A DNA stretch of 64,000 nt from a virus. The stretch is taken from IMG/VR virus record IMGVR_UViG_3300020438_004435. One strand, 5' to 3'. The notes below the pieces were generated by a model that was not told the DNA's origin, made no database searches, and worked only from the letters and a program-made list of their open reading frames with translations. Below, piece by piece: positions 41,305 through 50,077 of the stretch; within the stretch, counting starts at the first letter, position 1, and the number at the start of each line of letters is the position of its first letter. The translations under genes and the position numbers were made by a program.

Positions 41305-41518
41305 CCAACCACCACCGGGCTTTAACGACTTGCCCTATTAATGCCGTTGGGTCAGGGTGCCTAAGCCGCCATCGCCATTTCAACTTGTTCGCCAGTTACG
41401 CGTCGACCTTCCTATACCCTTATCATTGTGTCAAATCCAGTCACCCCCATGAAGTTAAATAATTTAGTGGAGGTGGAGGGTATCGAACCCTCGTCCATCA
41501 ATGCAGCTAATATAAGTC
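41305..41518 (-). ncRNA. ssrA: Circularly permuted (two-piece) tmRNA; tag (A)GEQVEMAMAA*
   Basis: Acceptor piece first: GGAC + T-arm GAGGG-TTCGATA-CCCTC (41492-41476) + CACCTCC-A (41475-41468). Then a 19-nt spacer, then the coding piece GGGGGTG-ACTGGATTTGAC from 41448. Perfect 7-bp acceptor stem with G3.U70. TAACT precedes resume codon GGC at 41393; TAG ends at 41361. The 3' end is approximate. Confidence 0.92.
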
Positions 41519-41801
41519 AAACAGTCGTTTCCTTATCAAGTATTGATTCTTTAATCTGAACCAACCTTGCACATCTTTCATACGCTTCAATTGAAATATA
41601 ATATTCAATCATCGTATCAATAGTATCTATAGAGTTTGCATTAGATAATAACCAAGAACCTGGTTTAATATCTTCTATCTTTTTTTTGCCATTAAGAAAC
41701 CTAAACGTATTGTTAACAGCTAAATGCAAAAGCTTGTCATCAGTGCTATGTATAGGATCTATATTCATAAACCCGTCAACAACCCTTTGGACAGTGCGCA
41801 A
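41517..41801 (-). CDS. Small protein with C-terminal UVR (UvrB/UvrC)-like motif
   Basis: MIEYYISIEAYERCARLVQIKE; its stop codon overlaps the start of the tmRNA acceptor piece. Confidence 0.65.
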   Translation of the reverse strand: MRTVQRVVDGFMNIDPIHSTDDKLLHLAVNNTFRFLNGKKKIEDIKPGSWLLSNANSIDTIDTMIEYYISIEAYERCARLVQIKESILDKETTV

Positions 41802-41876
41802 CTCTTGGTAACATAAATCTAATAGTAATCATAATATCCTCTCTTATTGTTTATAATAAATAGTATATAATAAGTG

Positions 41877-42341
41877 TTAACTTGGCTTGAGAAATGTATT
41901 TATTTTTTTATGTTCCTTATATATATCATTCATACGTATTTTTTCTTTTGTATAAATTTTATCTATAGCTTCATAATTAAAAATCATATCATTAATAAAT
42001 TTTTTATCATTGATGTATGATTCGGTATCAAAATTATTTAGATCCTTACTTAACTCTATATTTTCTAAGACTATGTCTTTAAGAGATTGAAGCTTGGATC
42101 TAAATTTATCACCCTTTGTACTTTCTATATAATCATTAGATACGTTATCAATGATTCCACTAATAGTATTTCTAATTCTAGCACCCTGAACAGGATCATT
42201 TTCAGCAATACGTTTTAATTCATCTTGTATTTCTAATTGGTTAAGAGTTCGATCAGCTAATTGCTTTAGCTTTTTTCGCTTTTCCTTTTCCACCCACGTT
42301 AGCTTTTTTGCTGACGATGACTGCCGCTTTCTTTTTGCCAT
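41877..42341 (-). CDS. Hypothetical protein
   Basis: 154 aa, basic N-terminus. Confidence 0.65.
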   Translation of the reverse strand: MAKRKRQSSSAKKLTWVEKEKRKKLKQLADRTLNQLEIQDELKRIAENDPVQGARIRNTISGIIDNVSNDYIESTKGDKFRSKLQSLKDIVLENIELSKDLNNFDTESYINDKKFINDMIFNYEAIDKIYTKEKIRMNDIYKEHKKINTFLKPS

Positions 42342-42504
42342 TTCTTTTATAGTTTCTGGAAGGTCTTCTAGTCTTAGATAGTGTTAACTTTCTTCTAAGC
42401 TCATCTATAACTTTATCTAATTCACCTTTTCTTTTATTGTTTACATAATTAGCCGATATTATTCCTGCTAATAAACCTAGTACTCCTGCTATTGCATATA
42501 ACAT
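42253..42504 (-). CDS. Single-TM protein with basic tail
   Basis: N-terminal TM, Lys/Arg-rich C-terminus. Confidence 0.6.
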   Translation of the reverse strand: MLYAIAGVLGLLAGIISANYVNNKRKGELDKVIDELRRKLTLSKTRRPSRNYKRNGKKKAAVIVSKKANVGGKGKAKKAKAIS

Positions 42505-42595
42505 ATTTTTCCCTTTATTCTTTTTAAGTAGAAGGTAGACGATATAAATACGGGATGTAAATTATACCGCCTACCACTTCTACAAAATTATACAA

Positions 42596-42820
42596 TTACT
42601 TCTTAACGAAAAAAGAAGCTAGTAAAACTAATACAATTAACCCTACAAATCCACCATTACCTAATGATGTGATAAGTGCTGTTAAGTTAGCTACTACATC
42701 CATTCCGAAAACTGATCCACCTGTTAAGATGTACCAAAGGATTGTTACTGGAAGAACTGCCATTAAGACTGTTCCTAATCCTGTAAAGAATCCACTTACA
42801 TATTTGATTACATTATCCAT
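42596..42820 (-). CDS. Small integral membrane protein
   Basis: 74 aa, almost entirely hydrophobic; AGGAG leader. Confidence 0.75.
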   Translation of the reverse strand: MDNVIKYVSGFFTGLGTVLMAVLPVTILWYILTGGSVFGMDVVANLTALITSLGNGGFVGLIVLVLLASFFVKK

Positions 42821-42906
42821 GTTAAAATCTCCTATATTTTTGTCGTCCTACTTGTTATTGGACACTATTGTCCTATTAACTATGAAGGGTCCCCATTATG
42901 GGATTA

Positions 42907-43341
42907 TTAGAATCGGTATGCCAACCCTAGGTTGAAGCTACCTTCTCGTTCCCCGTTTTCGTCTTCTTTAAGACCCATGCTGTAATTTGGTTCAACATGT
43001 AAACCATTCCACACAGCGAAAGAGTAACCAAGGCCAATTGTTAAATTGTCCATCATCTCTTCGGTTGGCGCTTGAACTGCAACATACATATTTGCATTCC
43101 AATTGTATCTACCCCAAAGATCATAATTAGTATTACCTTCAGCGTCTTCGCCATTCTTTACTAGACCAACAACATAAGTATCACCTATTTTATATCCGAT
43201 ACCCATATTGTCTGTTAAATTTGCAACTTCAAATGATTCGCCTTCCTCTGCAGCATTATAGGTAGTCACTACCATAAAATTTTGAGCTGAAGCAAACATT
43301 GTAGCGCATGCTAATGTTAGTGTTAAAAATAAATTTCTCAT
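42907..43341 (-). CDS. Outer-membrane beta-barrel (porin-like, ~8 strands)
   Basis: Signal ending ASAQ; alternating strands (MGIGYKIG, LTIGLGYSF, LHVEPNYSM); terminal FNLGLAYRF with the C-terminal Phe BAM signal. Confidence 0.8.
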   Translation of the reverse strand: MRNLFLTLTLACATMFASAQNFMVVTTYNAAEEGESFEVANLTDNMGIGYKIGDTYVVGLVKNGEDAEGNTNYDLWGRYNWNANMYVAVQAPTEEMMDNLTIGLGYSFAVWNGLHVEPNYSMGLKEDENGEREGSFNLGLAYRF

Positions 43342-43485
43342 ATTTTTTCTCTCCTTTATAAATTAAAATTTACCTTCATAGTTAATTGTTAATAAAATAT
43401 TCGTGCACCGAATCTTACTGAGTATAATTATAACCCGCAGGTTTTTTATATATTGTCATATAATCTTCTATACACGAACACTTAA

Positions 43486-43692
43486 TTATTGCACCTTGGC
43501 TTTCACCTTTCTAGGTGCCTTATATGCATTCTTTTTAGTCTTATTAGTATTAGTTTTCAGTAGACTGATTACTAAATCTTTATCTAGCATTCTATCTTTT
43601 AATTCACTAATTTTGTTACTAAAATACCAAAAAGAAGCCAGAGCTCCGACAAGGGCTCCGACAACTGCTAATATAATTCCTGTTAATTCCAT
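43486..43692 (-). CDS. Single-TM protein with basic tail
   Basis: N-terminal TM; Lys-rich tail; AGGAG leader. Confidence 0.65.
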   Translation of the reverse strand: MELTGIILAVVGALVGALASFWYFSNKISELKDRMLDKDLVISLLKTNTNKTKKNAYKAPRKVKAKVQ

Positions 43693-43700
43693 ATTATCTC

Positions 43701-43976
43701 CTATAATGTACCTAAACTTTTTGCAACCTTATAAGAATGTTTACCTGCCTCTAATACGTCTCCTATCTTACTACATTCAGTAAACGTTAGTGGCACTCTA
43801 ATATCTCCAATCACTAATTCTCCGATTGTAGTATTATTGTATCCATCCTTACCATCTCCTCTCATTCCTTCTTTAATTTCGAAATCGATTTGGTTCCATA
43901 AATTTCCATACTTTTTTTCTCTTGGGTGCGTATGCAATCCCGCTTGGGCAACACTGCCTCTAAACTTCTGATTCAT
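43701..43976 (-). CDS. Hypothetical protein
   Basis: 91-aa ORF with a promoter motif upstream. Confidence 0.7.
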   Translation of the reverse strand: MNQKFRGSVAQAGLHTHPREKKYGNLWNQIDFEIKEGMRGDGKDGYNNTTIGELVIGDIRVPLTFTECSKIGDVLEAGKHSYKVAKSLGTL

Positions 43977-44040
43977 CTTTTTATTATTTATTGATTAATT
44001 ATATATAATATACAAAATTTATTTGTAATATCCTACTGTT

Positions 44041-44379
44041 TTATGATTTATATCTATTACCGCGTCTTTTATTTATACGGTTAATTTTAGCTTCTACCAT
44101 TTCTCCTGTAAATTTATCAGGATGTGTTCGTCTTATATTCCTGGATAATTTAACTCCATACTCAGCAGCATTATACCATGCTTCCCATATAGTCTTAGAT
44201 GGTGGAATCATTAGATCATCACCCAATACTCCTCCTATACCATTTGATACAAAATATCTACCATCTAATTGTCTGCTTGTAGTTGCTCTTGGATATACCT
44301 TTGTAACCTTCTTTTTCAATTTTGTGAATAATTTCCTTTTCTTTTCTGTAGGAAATTCACGTAACTCATTTATATTCAT
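44041..44379 (-). CDS. Hypothetical protein
   Basis: 112-aa ORF. Confidence 0.7.
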   Translation of the reverse strand: MNINELREFPTEKKRKLFTKLKKKVTKVYPRATTSRQLDGRYFVSNGIGGVLGDDLMIPPSKTIWEAWYNAAEYGVKLSRNIRRTHPDKFTGEMVEAKINRINKRRGNRYKS

Positions 44380-44859
44380 TTATATTATTTTTGGTTCTTT
44401 ACTAAATTCCTTTATGTCTCCTGTTATTAAATCCTCTTCTACCCACTTTCCTATCAATTCGGATTCACTAGCTAAATAGGTAACCCTAGCATATACTAAT
44501 TTATCCAAATTATCTTTTACATTGGTACGAAAATTAACAAGATCATTATCAGTAGGAACAGGACCCATCTGATAACCTATCATATCTTTTTCTTTTAATT
44601 TGAATTGTGCTATAGGATTAATTGTGTAATGATTATACTTCGCTTTCCACTTAGCTTTCTCTGTTCCTTTCTTAGGACCTCTTTTATATAATCTATCTTC
44701 TAAATTTTCTACTTCAGATCTAACCTGGGTTCCACATCTTGTACATAATAATGTTTCTGCTAAGGTTTCTGGTGAGGTGGTTTTGATTGCATGAGCATAT
44801 CCACATCTTGGACATACTTCTAAATCTTGGATTTCATGTGTTTCTGTTTTCATATTCAT
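44380..44859 (-). CDS. Zinc-ribbon protein
   Basis: CPRCG...CTRCG. Confidence 0.7.
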   Translation of the reverse strand: MNMKTETHEIQDLEVCPRCGYAHAIKTTSPETLAETLLCTRCGTQVRSEVENLEDRLYKRGPKKGTEKAKWKAKYNHYTINPIAQFKLKEKDMIGYQMGPVPTDNDLVNFRTNVKDNLDKLVYARVTYLASESELIGKWVEEDLITGDIKEFSKEPKII

Positions 44860-44865
44860 AACTCC

Positions 44866-45090
44866 TTAATTGCTTATATAATTCTTTACTTCCATTTCTG
44901 TTGGGTAGCCAAGAGTTGTATCACAGCCCTCACAAACCCATCTTATATCAACCTGCGAGGGTGAAAGATTTTTTGGGATCAAACGAATCACTTTAATTTC
45001 GTGTTTACATTTATCTCTTATAACTTTTAGCTCTCGCTCGACATCACGTTTCCTGGTGAGAAGAATCTCAACCTTTCTGTTAGTTGCCAT
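44866..45090 (-). CDS. Small putative Zn-binding protein
   Basis: CKH...CEGC; start refined to MATNRK. Confidence 0.6.
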   Translation of the reverse strand: MATNRKVEILLTRKRDVERELKVIRDKCKHEIKVIRLIPKNLSPSQVDIRWVCEGCDTTLGYPTEMEVKNYISN

Positions 45091-45107
45091 AGGTATATAA
45101 ATAGTGC

Positions 45108-45344
45108 CTACCATTCTTTCAACTTCGTTAATTTAGCACATTTTTCATACTCCTCGGTTGTAATATAATACTCTATAATCTCATCAAGAAGCCTTCTTTT
45201 CTTATATTTTGAACCAGGCCATTCATTCCACATAGTGATATCTTCTAGTATAACTTTATACATCATATTATACCATGAACTACTTAATTCATTTAACTTA
45301 TCTATTAAATCTTGTGCTGTTATATCGTCTGGATTTATATCCAT
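45108..45344 (-). CDS. Small protein with C-terminal UVR-like motif
   Basis: IIEYYITTEEYEKCAKLTKLKEW. Confidence 0.65.
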   Translation of the reverse strand: MDINPDDITAQDLIDKLNELSSSWYNMMYKVILEDITMWNEWPGSKYKKRRLLDEIIEYYITTEEYEKCAKLTKLKEW

Positions 45345-45421
45345 ATTTGCTATTTTTAGTTGATTTAACAAGAGATCTCTAACTCACACACATATGTAAG
45401 TAGGGAGCCACTGTAACCATA

Positions 45422-45868
45422 TTATACCTGCTTGTTCATATATTCCATTACACTATCCCATCCTGGATATTTTTTAGATCCGAAATGTAACCATTCGCCT
45501 TCAAAATCCTTTTGACCTCTATAAAAGGTATCATCAATAAGATAATCACCCTTTGCTAAATTTTTATGATGACTTAATATTAATCTTCTTTTAGCTTTAG
45601 GAATATACTTTTCAATCCAATTCTTTTTATGTATCCATGCATCAGGATTTCTCCACGGTGGAGTAGATAAAATATATACATCAAACATTTCAAACAATTT
45701 TTCAAATGCATCTATAGCGCCAGGCATAGGATCCAAATTATCAAATATACCAGGCATCATATCATATGTACTTTTACTATACTTATCCTTATCAGGATGC
45801 TTTTGGATGGCTCCATAAAAATCACATAAGACTCCATCCATATCAATGTAACAAATTTTCTTTTTCAT
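45422..45868 (-). CDS. 5'(3')-deoxyribonucleotidase (HAD, NT5C family)
   Basis: CYIDMDGVLCDF, YILST, GDYLIDD. Confidence 0.9.
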   Translation of the reverse strand: MKKKICYIDMDGVLCDFYGAIQKHPDKDKYSKSTYDMMPGIFDNLDPMPGAIDAFEKLFEMFDVYILSTPPWRNPDAWIHKKNWIEKYIPKAKRRLILSHHKNLAKGDYLIDDTFYRGQKDFEGEWLHFGSKKYPGWDSVMEYMNKQV

Positions 45869-45875
45869 ATTATTA

Positions 45876-47972
45876 TTATTTAGTTAGAAATAAATTATTT
45901 AATGTCTTTGCTAATGGCACTAATGAAGATACATCAACATTAGCTGATGACTTACCATACATCTTTCTAAATGTACTACCTACCTCATCTCTCTTATATC
46001 CTGAAATGAAATAACTAAGAACCTTAATACCTTTCTTTCTCATTTTATCAATCTCACCTTTCGTATGAGCTGCAGCTTCATCACCTGCATAATAAAATCC
46101 TTTAGGATTACAATAAGGTTCTCCATCAGAGAAATTAATAAAATAACTTTCTCTATCCCCAGAAGCTTTTACTAAATGATTTTGAATAGCTTCGAATGTT
46201 AAACCTTCAGGTGTTAAAGAAGAAGGTGTAATATACTTAAACAAACTTCTAATCTTATTAAATTTATCTACTCTAGAATCATAAGCAATCATCACACAAG
46301 GTATTCCTTCCTTACCTGTTGTTGTTCTATATGATAATTGTATATCTAAATTATCCACCATCGAAGCTGCCTTAGCAATAGCAACCACTGCTGTCTGACT
46401 AGAATACCATTTATCTCCACTCATCGAACCACTAGCATCAATACTAATATGAACATTAGCAGGAGTATATTTATCATTCATTACCTGCTGAAATACTCTC
46501 TCCGCACCATAACCTAATGAAGCGATTAATCTCTTATCAATCTTACCAGAATCTAATCTAGAAAATTTAGTATTTCTTTCTTCACTTCTTAATTTTAATT
46601 TCTTACCGAGCATCGTACCTAATCTAATACCCTTTACTATGGCTTCCGCATTTGCTTCCTTTCTCCATCTATGATATTCATGACTAATCAAAAAATCATA
46701 ACCACCACTATCAATTAACCCTTTTGTTAATTTATTAATAACAATACATTCTGTATCAGGCTTTTTATTTTTACTCACCCATCTATTAAAATACGTGGAT
46801 CCTACCTTTTTAATTTCCGAACCCGACTCTTCTAAAGCCTTCATTTTCTTTTGATCCGTTTTATTCATTTTTGTTTTCTTTATCTCACCACGAATAAAAT
46901 CTTCCTGCTTCTTAATAGCATTAGCTAATTTTCTATTCTGAGGAGGAGACATAGGACCATTACCAACCGAACTTGAACCACCAGACTTCTTAGCTTCTTC
47001 TCCTTCAGCCTTCGAACCATCATCATCACTATCGCCTTCAATAGATCCTTTAGGACTTGAACATCCTAAATTATCACCTTGACAATCCGAATCTTCTCCT
47101 CTATTATCATCATTGGATTCTTCATCCCCTGTATTATCATCTTTCTGAAATAAATCAGGTGCAGGTATATTTTCCTCTACTTCATAAAATATTTCCAATG
47201 CAATCTTAAGAGCATCTTCTGTATTTTTTATCTTACCAATATTTTTAAGATCCATTATTTTCCAAATCTTTCTTAATCCAGGTAATGCATCAAGATCTCT
47301 ATTCTCATTTGTAATATTACAAATTCTAAACATATAAGAATCCCAATCAAGATCTCTCTTCTCCGAAGACATAAGACCTTTATCAATTATCTTAGCATTA
47401 AAATACTTTTCATATAATGCATGATAATAACCTTTATAACCAGGAGCAGACTTAAAAATAAAATTATCAATTCTTCTATCCTCTACTATATTTAATAATG
47501 GCTTAACATGATCTCTAATATATCTAAATGTTTTATCCGTTTGATATTGATGATCATTTCTTAAATGATCAAAATACTTTTTAGCAATATTATTTACCAA
47601 TTCGATTTCATCATTAAGAATATCATCCTTCCTAAGAAAATCCTTTAACACTTGAAAATCTGTTAACTTAATATGAGATCCCTCATGTAAAGCTAAACCA
47701 ACAGCAGCATCAAAATCTTTATCTTTTAATGAAGCAGATATATTAACCGCTTTACCATCCGTATAAGAATCTGAACCACTAAAATATACAGGAACATTTT
47801 TACCTGTAACTATATTAACGAAATTAGCTATTGCTCTTCGATAACCAGCAAGCTTAATTAAATCTTGTGTCTTATCCTTTACCTCTAAACCAGTAAGGAT
47901 ATCTACATTATTATTATCGAATAGGCTATCTCCTAGCCACCATGATGAATTTGAATTGTTATTGTATTGCAT
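45876..47972 (-). CDS. vWA-domain protein with N-terminal HExxH putative metallopeptidase (CobT-like AAA partner)
   Basis: ALHEGSHI; NIVEDRRID; acidic linker; MIDAS ISIDASGSMS; INFSDGEP. Confidence 0.85.
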   Translation of the reverse strand: MQYNNNSNSSWWLGDSLFDNNNVDILTGLEVKDKTQDLIKLAGYRRAIANFVNIVTGKNVPVYFSGSDSYTDGKAVNISASLKDKDFDAAVGLALHEGSHIKLTDFQVLKDFLRKDDILNDEIELVNNIAKKYFDHLRNDHQYQTDKTFRYIRDHVKPLLNIVEDRRIDNFIFKSAPGYKGYYHALYEKYFNAKIIDKGLMSSEKRDLDWDSYMFRICNITNENRDLDALPGLRKIWKIMDLKNIGKIKNTEDALKIALEIFYEVEENIPAPDLFQKDDNTGDEESNDDNRGEDSDCQGDNLGCSSPKGSIEGDSDDDGSKAEGEEAKKSGGSSSVGNGPMSPPQNRKLANAIKKQEDFIRGEIKKTKMNKTDQKKMKALEESGSEIKKVGSTYFNRWVSKNKKPDTECIVINKLTKGLIDSGGYDFLISHEYHRWRKEANAEAIVKGIRLGTMLGKKLKLRSEERNTKFSRLDSGKIDKRLIASLGYGAERVFQQVMNDKYTPANVHISIDASGSMSGDKWYSSQTAVVAIAKAASMVDNLDIQLSYRTTTGKEGIPCVMIAYDSRVDKFNKIRSLFKYITPSSLTPEGLTFEAIQNHLVKASGDRESYFINFSDGEPYCNPKGFYYAGDEAAAHTKGEIDKMRKKGIKVLSYFISGYKRDEVGSTFRKMYGKSSANVDVSSLVPLAKTLNNLFLTK

Positions 47973-48052
47973 ATAATTTATTGTTTTATTATCTCTCTTT
48001 ATCTATGATAAAGATACGAAGAATAAATGAGATAACCTACTGAAATCATAAA

Positions 48053-48064
48053 AAGTTATGAACA
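48053..48064 (+). promoter_or_regulatory. 12-bp box AAGTTATGAACA (one of five perfect copies)
   Basis: Also at 48169-48180, 55410-55421, 55947-55958 and inverted at 53844-53855; partial copies at 55979-56012. Confidence 0.7.
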
Positions 48065-48189
48065 ATTTACATTTAATATAGCTATCGCTTTTAATCATCT
48101 CTCATCTTTATAATATAAAGATACGAAAAATAATTGACATATACACGCTTTTTGGCATTTATTTTTATAAGTTATGAACAAAAATAAAA

Positions 48190-48325
48190 AAAAGGCTCTC
48201 GGTCGATTATCAGTTGGATATATAAGTGAGCAACTATAATCTTAACACTCTACACCACGTGAAGGTGGCCTTTATTCGTAAAGCTATGGAAGTATAGAGG
48301 AACCCATTGACTTCCATATAACGTA
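48190..48325 (-). ncRNA. Candidate structured small RNA
   Basis: Promoter motif at 48335-48370; three hairpins (48285-48318, 48254-48269, 48205-48241) followed by a U-tract. Confidence 0.45.
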
Positions 48326-48392
48326 ACTATATTATATATAATATACAAAAAATATATTTAATAACCAAATGTTTCTTCATTTATTTTATTGA

Positions 48393-48521
48393 TTACCATT
48401 GTCTTGGTTTATCCGGACATTTAGCTCCTGGAACCTTTGTTTTAACTATCATAAAACATTTACATATACTACACTGTCTGGTTATCTTCCAGAAGTTAGA
48501 ACATGCCTTACATATTGCCAT
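48393..48521 (-). CDS. Cys-rich small protein (DUF6171-like, 42 aa, not in ORF track)
   Basis: MAICKACSNFWKITRQCSICKCFMIVKTKVPGAKCPDKPRQW*. Confidence 0.75.
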   Translation of the reverse strand: MAICKACSNFWKITRQCSICKCFMIVKTKVPGAKCPDKPRQW

Positions 48522-48525
48522 TCGC

Positions 48526-48741
48526 TTACTTGGATCCTTTTCTATGTGTTCCACTTTTCTTTCCCTTATTGTCCTTAACTATTTGATATGCTGCATCCAT
48601 TCTATCACATACTTCCATCCATTTATATTTATCTTGTGTTGATAGGCTTTTAGATACTCTCATCACCTCATCATAGATGCCTTCATCATATGCCTGATAT
48701 AATATATCTTCGACATTGCTCATCGCTAATAACTCTTCCAA
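48526..48741 (-). CDS. Hypothetical protein
   Basis: 71-aa ORF. Confidence 0.65.
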   Translation of the reverse strand: MEELLAMSNVEDILYQAYDEGIYDEVMRVSKSLSTQDKYKWMEVCDRMDAAYQIVKDNKGKKSGTHRKGSK

Positions 48742-49028
48742 TTGCTGTCGTTCAATAAACCTTCAAGGCGGGTAATTTTATCTCCTTGGTTTCTTATTAT
48801 ATTTTGTAAGTTTTTCATCTGCGTATTATTATCCAAATGTGTTTTGTTAATCTTTACATGAATAAGTTCATCAGCATCATCTAGATGTTTAGATTCCCTT
48901 TCAATGGCATCATCAAGATCCATTAATTTAATATCTAGATAGTCTAATCTTTTATTTAATTTATGATTGTCATATATCATATAACCTAATACCATAATTG
49001 CTACTGTTGATGTAATTGTTGTAACCAT
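48726..49028 (-). CDS. Membrane-anchored coiled-coil protein
   Basis: N-terminal TM followed by heptad pattern. Confidence 0.65.
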   Translation of the reverse strand: MVTTITSTVAIMVLGYMIYDNHKLNKRLDYLDIKLMDLDDAIERESKHLDDADELIHVKINKTHLDNNTQMKNLQNIIRNQGDKITRLEGLLNDSNWKSY

Positions 49029-49185
49029 AATTTACCCTTTGTTAATAATTTAGTAATAAACTCTTCATATATAATTATATACTTTGAGCATTATTTATGT
49101 TATTTATTTTCATGAAATCAAAGATAGACATTAGCCCCTTCATATATATTATATTAATGATAACGGTATTTGCATTAGGCGTTAA

Positions 49186-49710
49186 TTAGGAATTAATATA
49201 TAACTTTGCATCAGTATATCTATACGCTTCAGTACCTACTGATTCTAGAAAATCTATCTTATTCCTAAATCTTTTATTCATAGCATCTCTAACAATATAG
49301 TATCCAGTCTTATGTCCAGCTTCTACATAAACGGTATCTCCATATCGAATAGGACCATCATTGAACCATAATAGATCCTGACTTACTGCTATCCAATTAA
49401 GATGGCTGCAACTATCAATATTAGGTATCTTAGTTTGATCAGCTGTAATATCTGGAGTATCATCACATTGGCCTATTACGGGATGATACATGGTTGCGAA
49501 TACCTCAATTTTATTTATATCATTAATAATCATAATAGTATCATCTGGTACTATGGTATCCACTGGGCATATAGTATCATTCATTTGAATAGGCTCATTT
49601 ACTTTATCATTACGATCTTCATCTAAGGATTTATTTAATCCTATAATTGCACCTATAAGGCATGTGGATGCTATCATCCAAAATGCTACTCTTAAATATT
49701 CTTTTTTCAT
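49186..49710 (-). CDS. 3D-domain (RlpA/MltA-like) cell-wall-associated protein
   Basis: N-terminal TM; ATMYHP...IAVSQDLL...YGDTVYV...YIVRDAMNKR...IDFL. Confidence 0.75.
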   Translation of the reverse strand: MKKEYLRVAFWMIASTCLIGAIIGLNKSLDEDRNDKVNEPIQMNDTICPVDTIVPDDTIMIINDINKIEVFATMYHPVIGQCDDTPDITADQTKIPNIDSCSHLNWIAVSQDLLWFNDGPIRYGDTVYVEAGHKTGYYIVRDAMNKRFRNKIDFLESVGTEAYRYTDAKLYINS

Positions 49711-49973
49711 TTTATTATTTTTAATTGTTTATTCAGAAATGTTATTATCTTATTTATTAAATACTTATTTTCTATTCCAGCACCTGTATTCATATCCGTT
49801 ACGATTGTTATATTTTCATGTGCTTCAAAAATAGTAACCATATAGTTTACATCGATGCCATCAGCATCCTCAAGAAGTATTTGATATCGTCTAATTAGGC
49901 CATCATTTGTTACTTGTGAACTCTTCAAATAAAAAGCTGCACCTCTATATTGTCTTTTATGCATTTCCTCCAT
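49707..49973 (-). CDS. Hypothetical protein
   Basis: 88-aa ORF. Confidence 0.6.
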   Translation of the reverse strand: MEEMHKRQYRGAAFYLKSSQVTNDGLIRRYQILLEDADGIDVNYMVTIFEAHENITIVTDMNTGAGIENKYLINKIITFLNKQLKIIK

Positions 49974-50077
49974 ATTAATAATATCTTCTTCTTTCTTTAC
50001 TCTTACTTAATTGATCTAATAGTTGTTGGCATACCTCTTGGGTTATCTTACCATCATAATATAACTGATGTATTAAT

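Noticed and set aside
41285-41383. N-terminal extension MKWRWRLRHP... of ORF 40397..41383
   Set aside because: It overlaps the tmRNA tag and pseudoknot; the ATG at 41284 is the better start.
41465-41497. Possible standalone tRNA (TTCGA T-loop)
   Set aside because: There is no anticodon or D-arm upstream; its acceptor partner lies downstream as the tmRNA 5' end.
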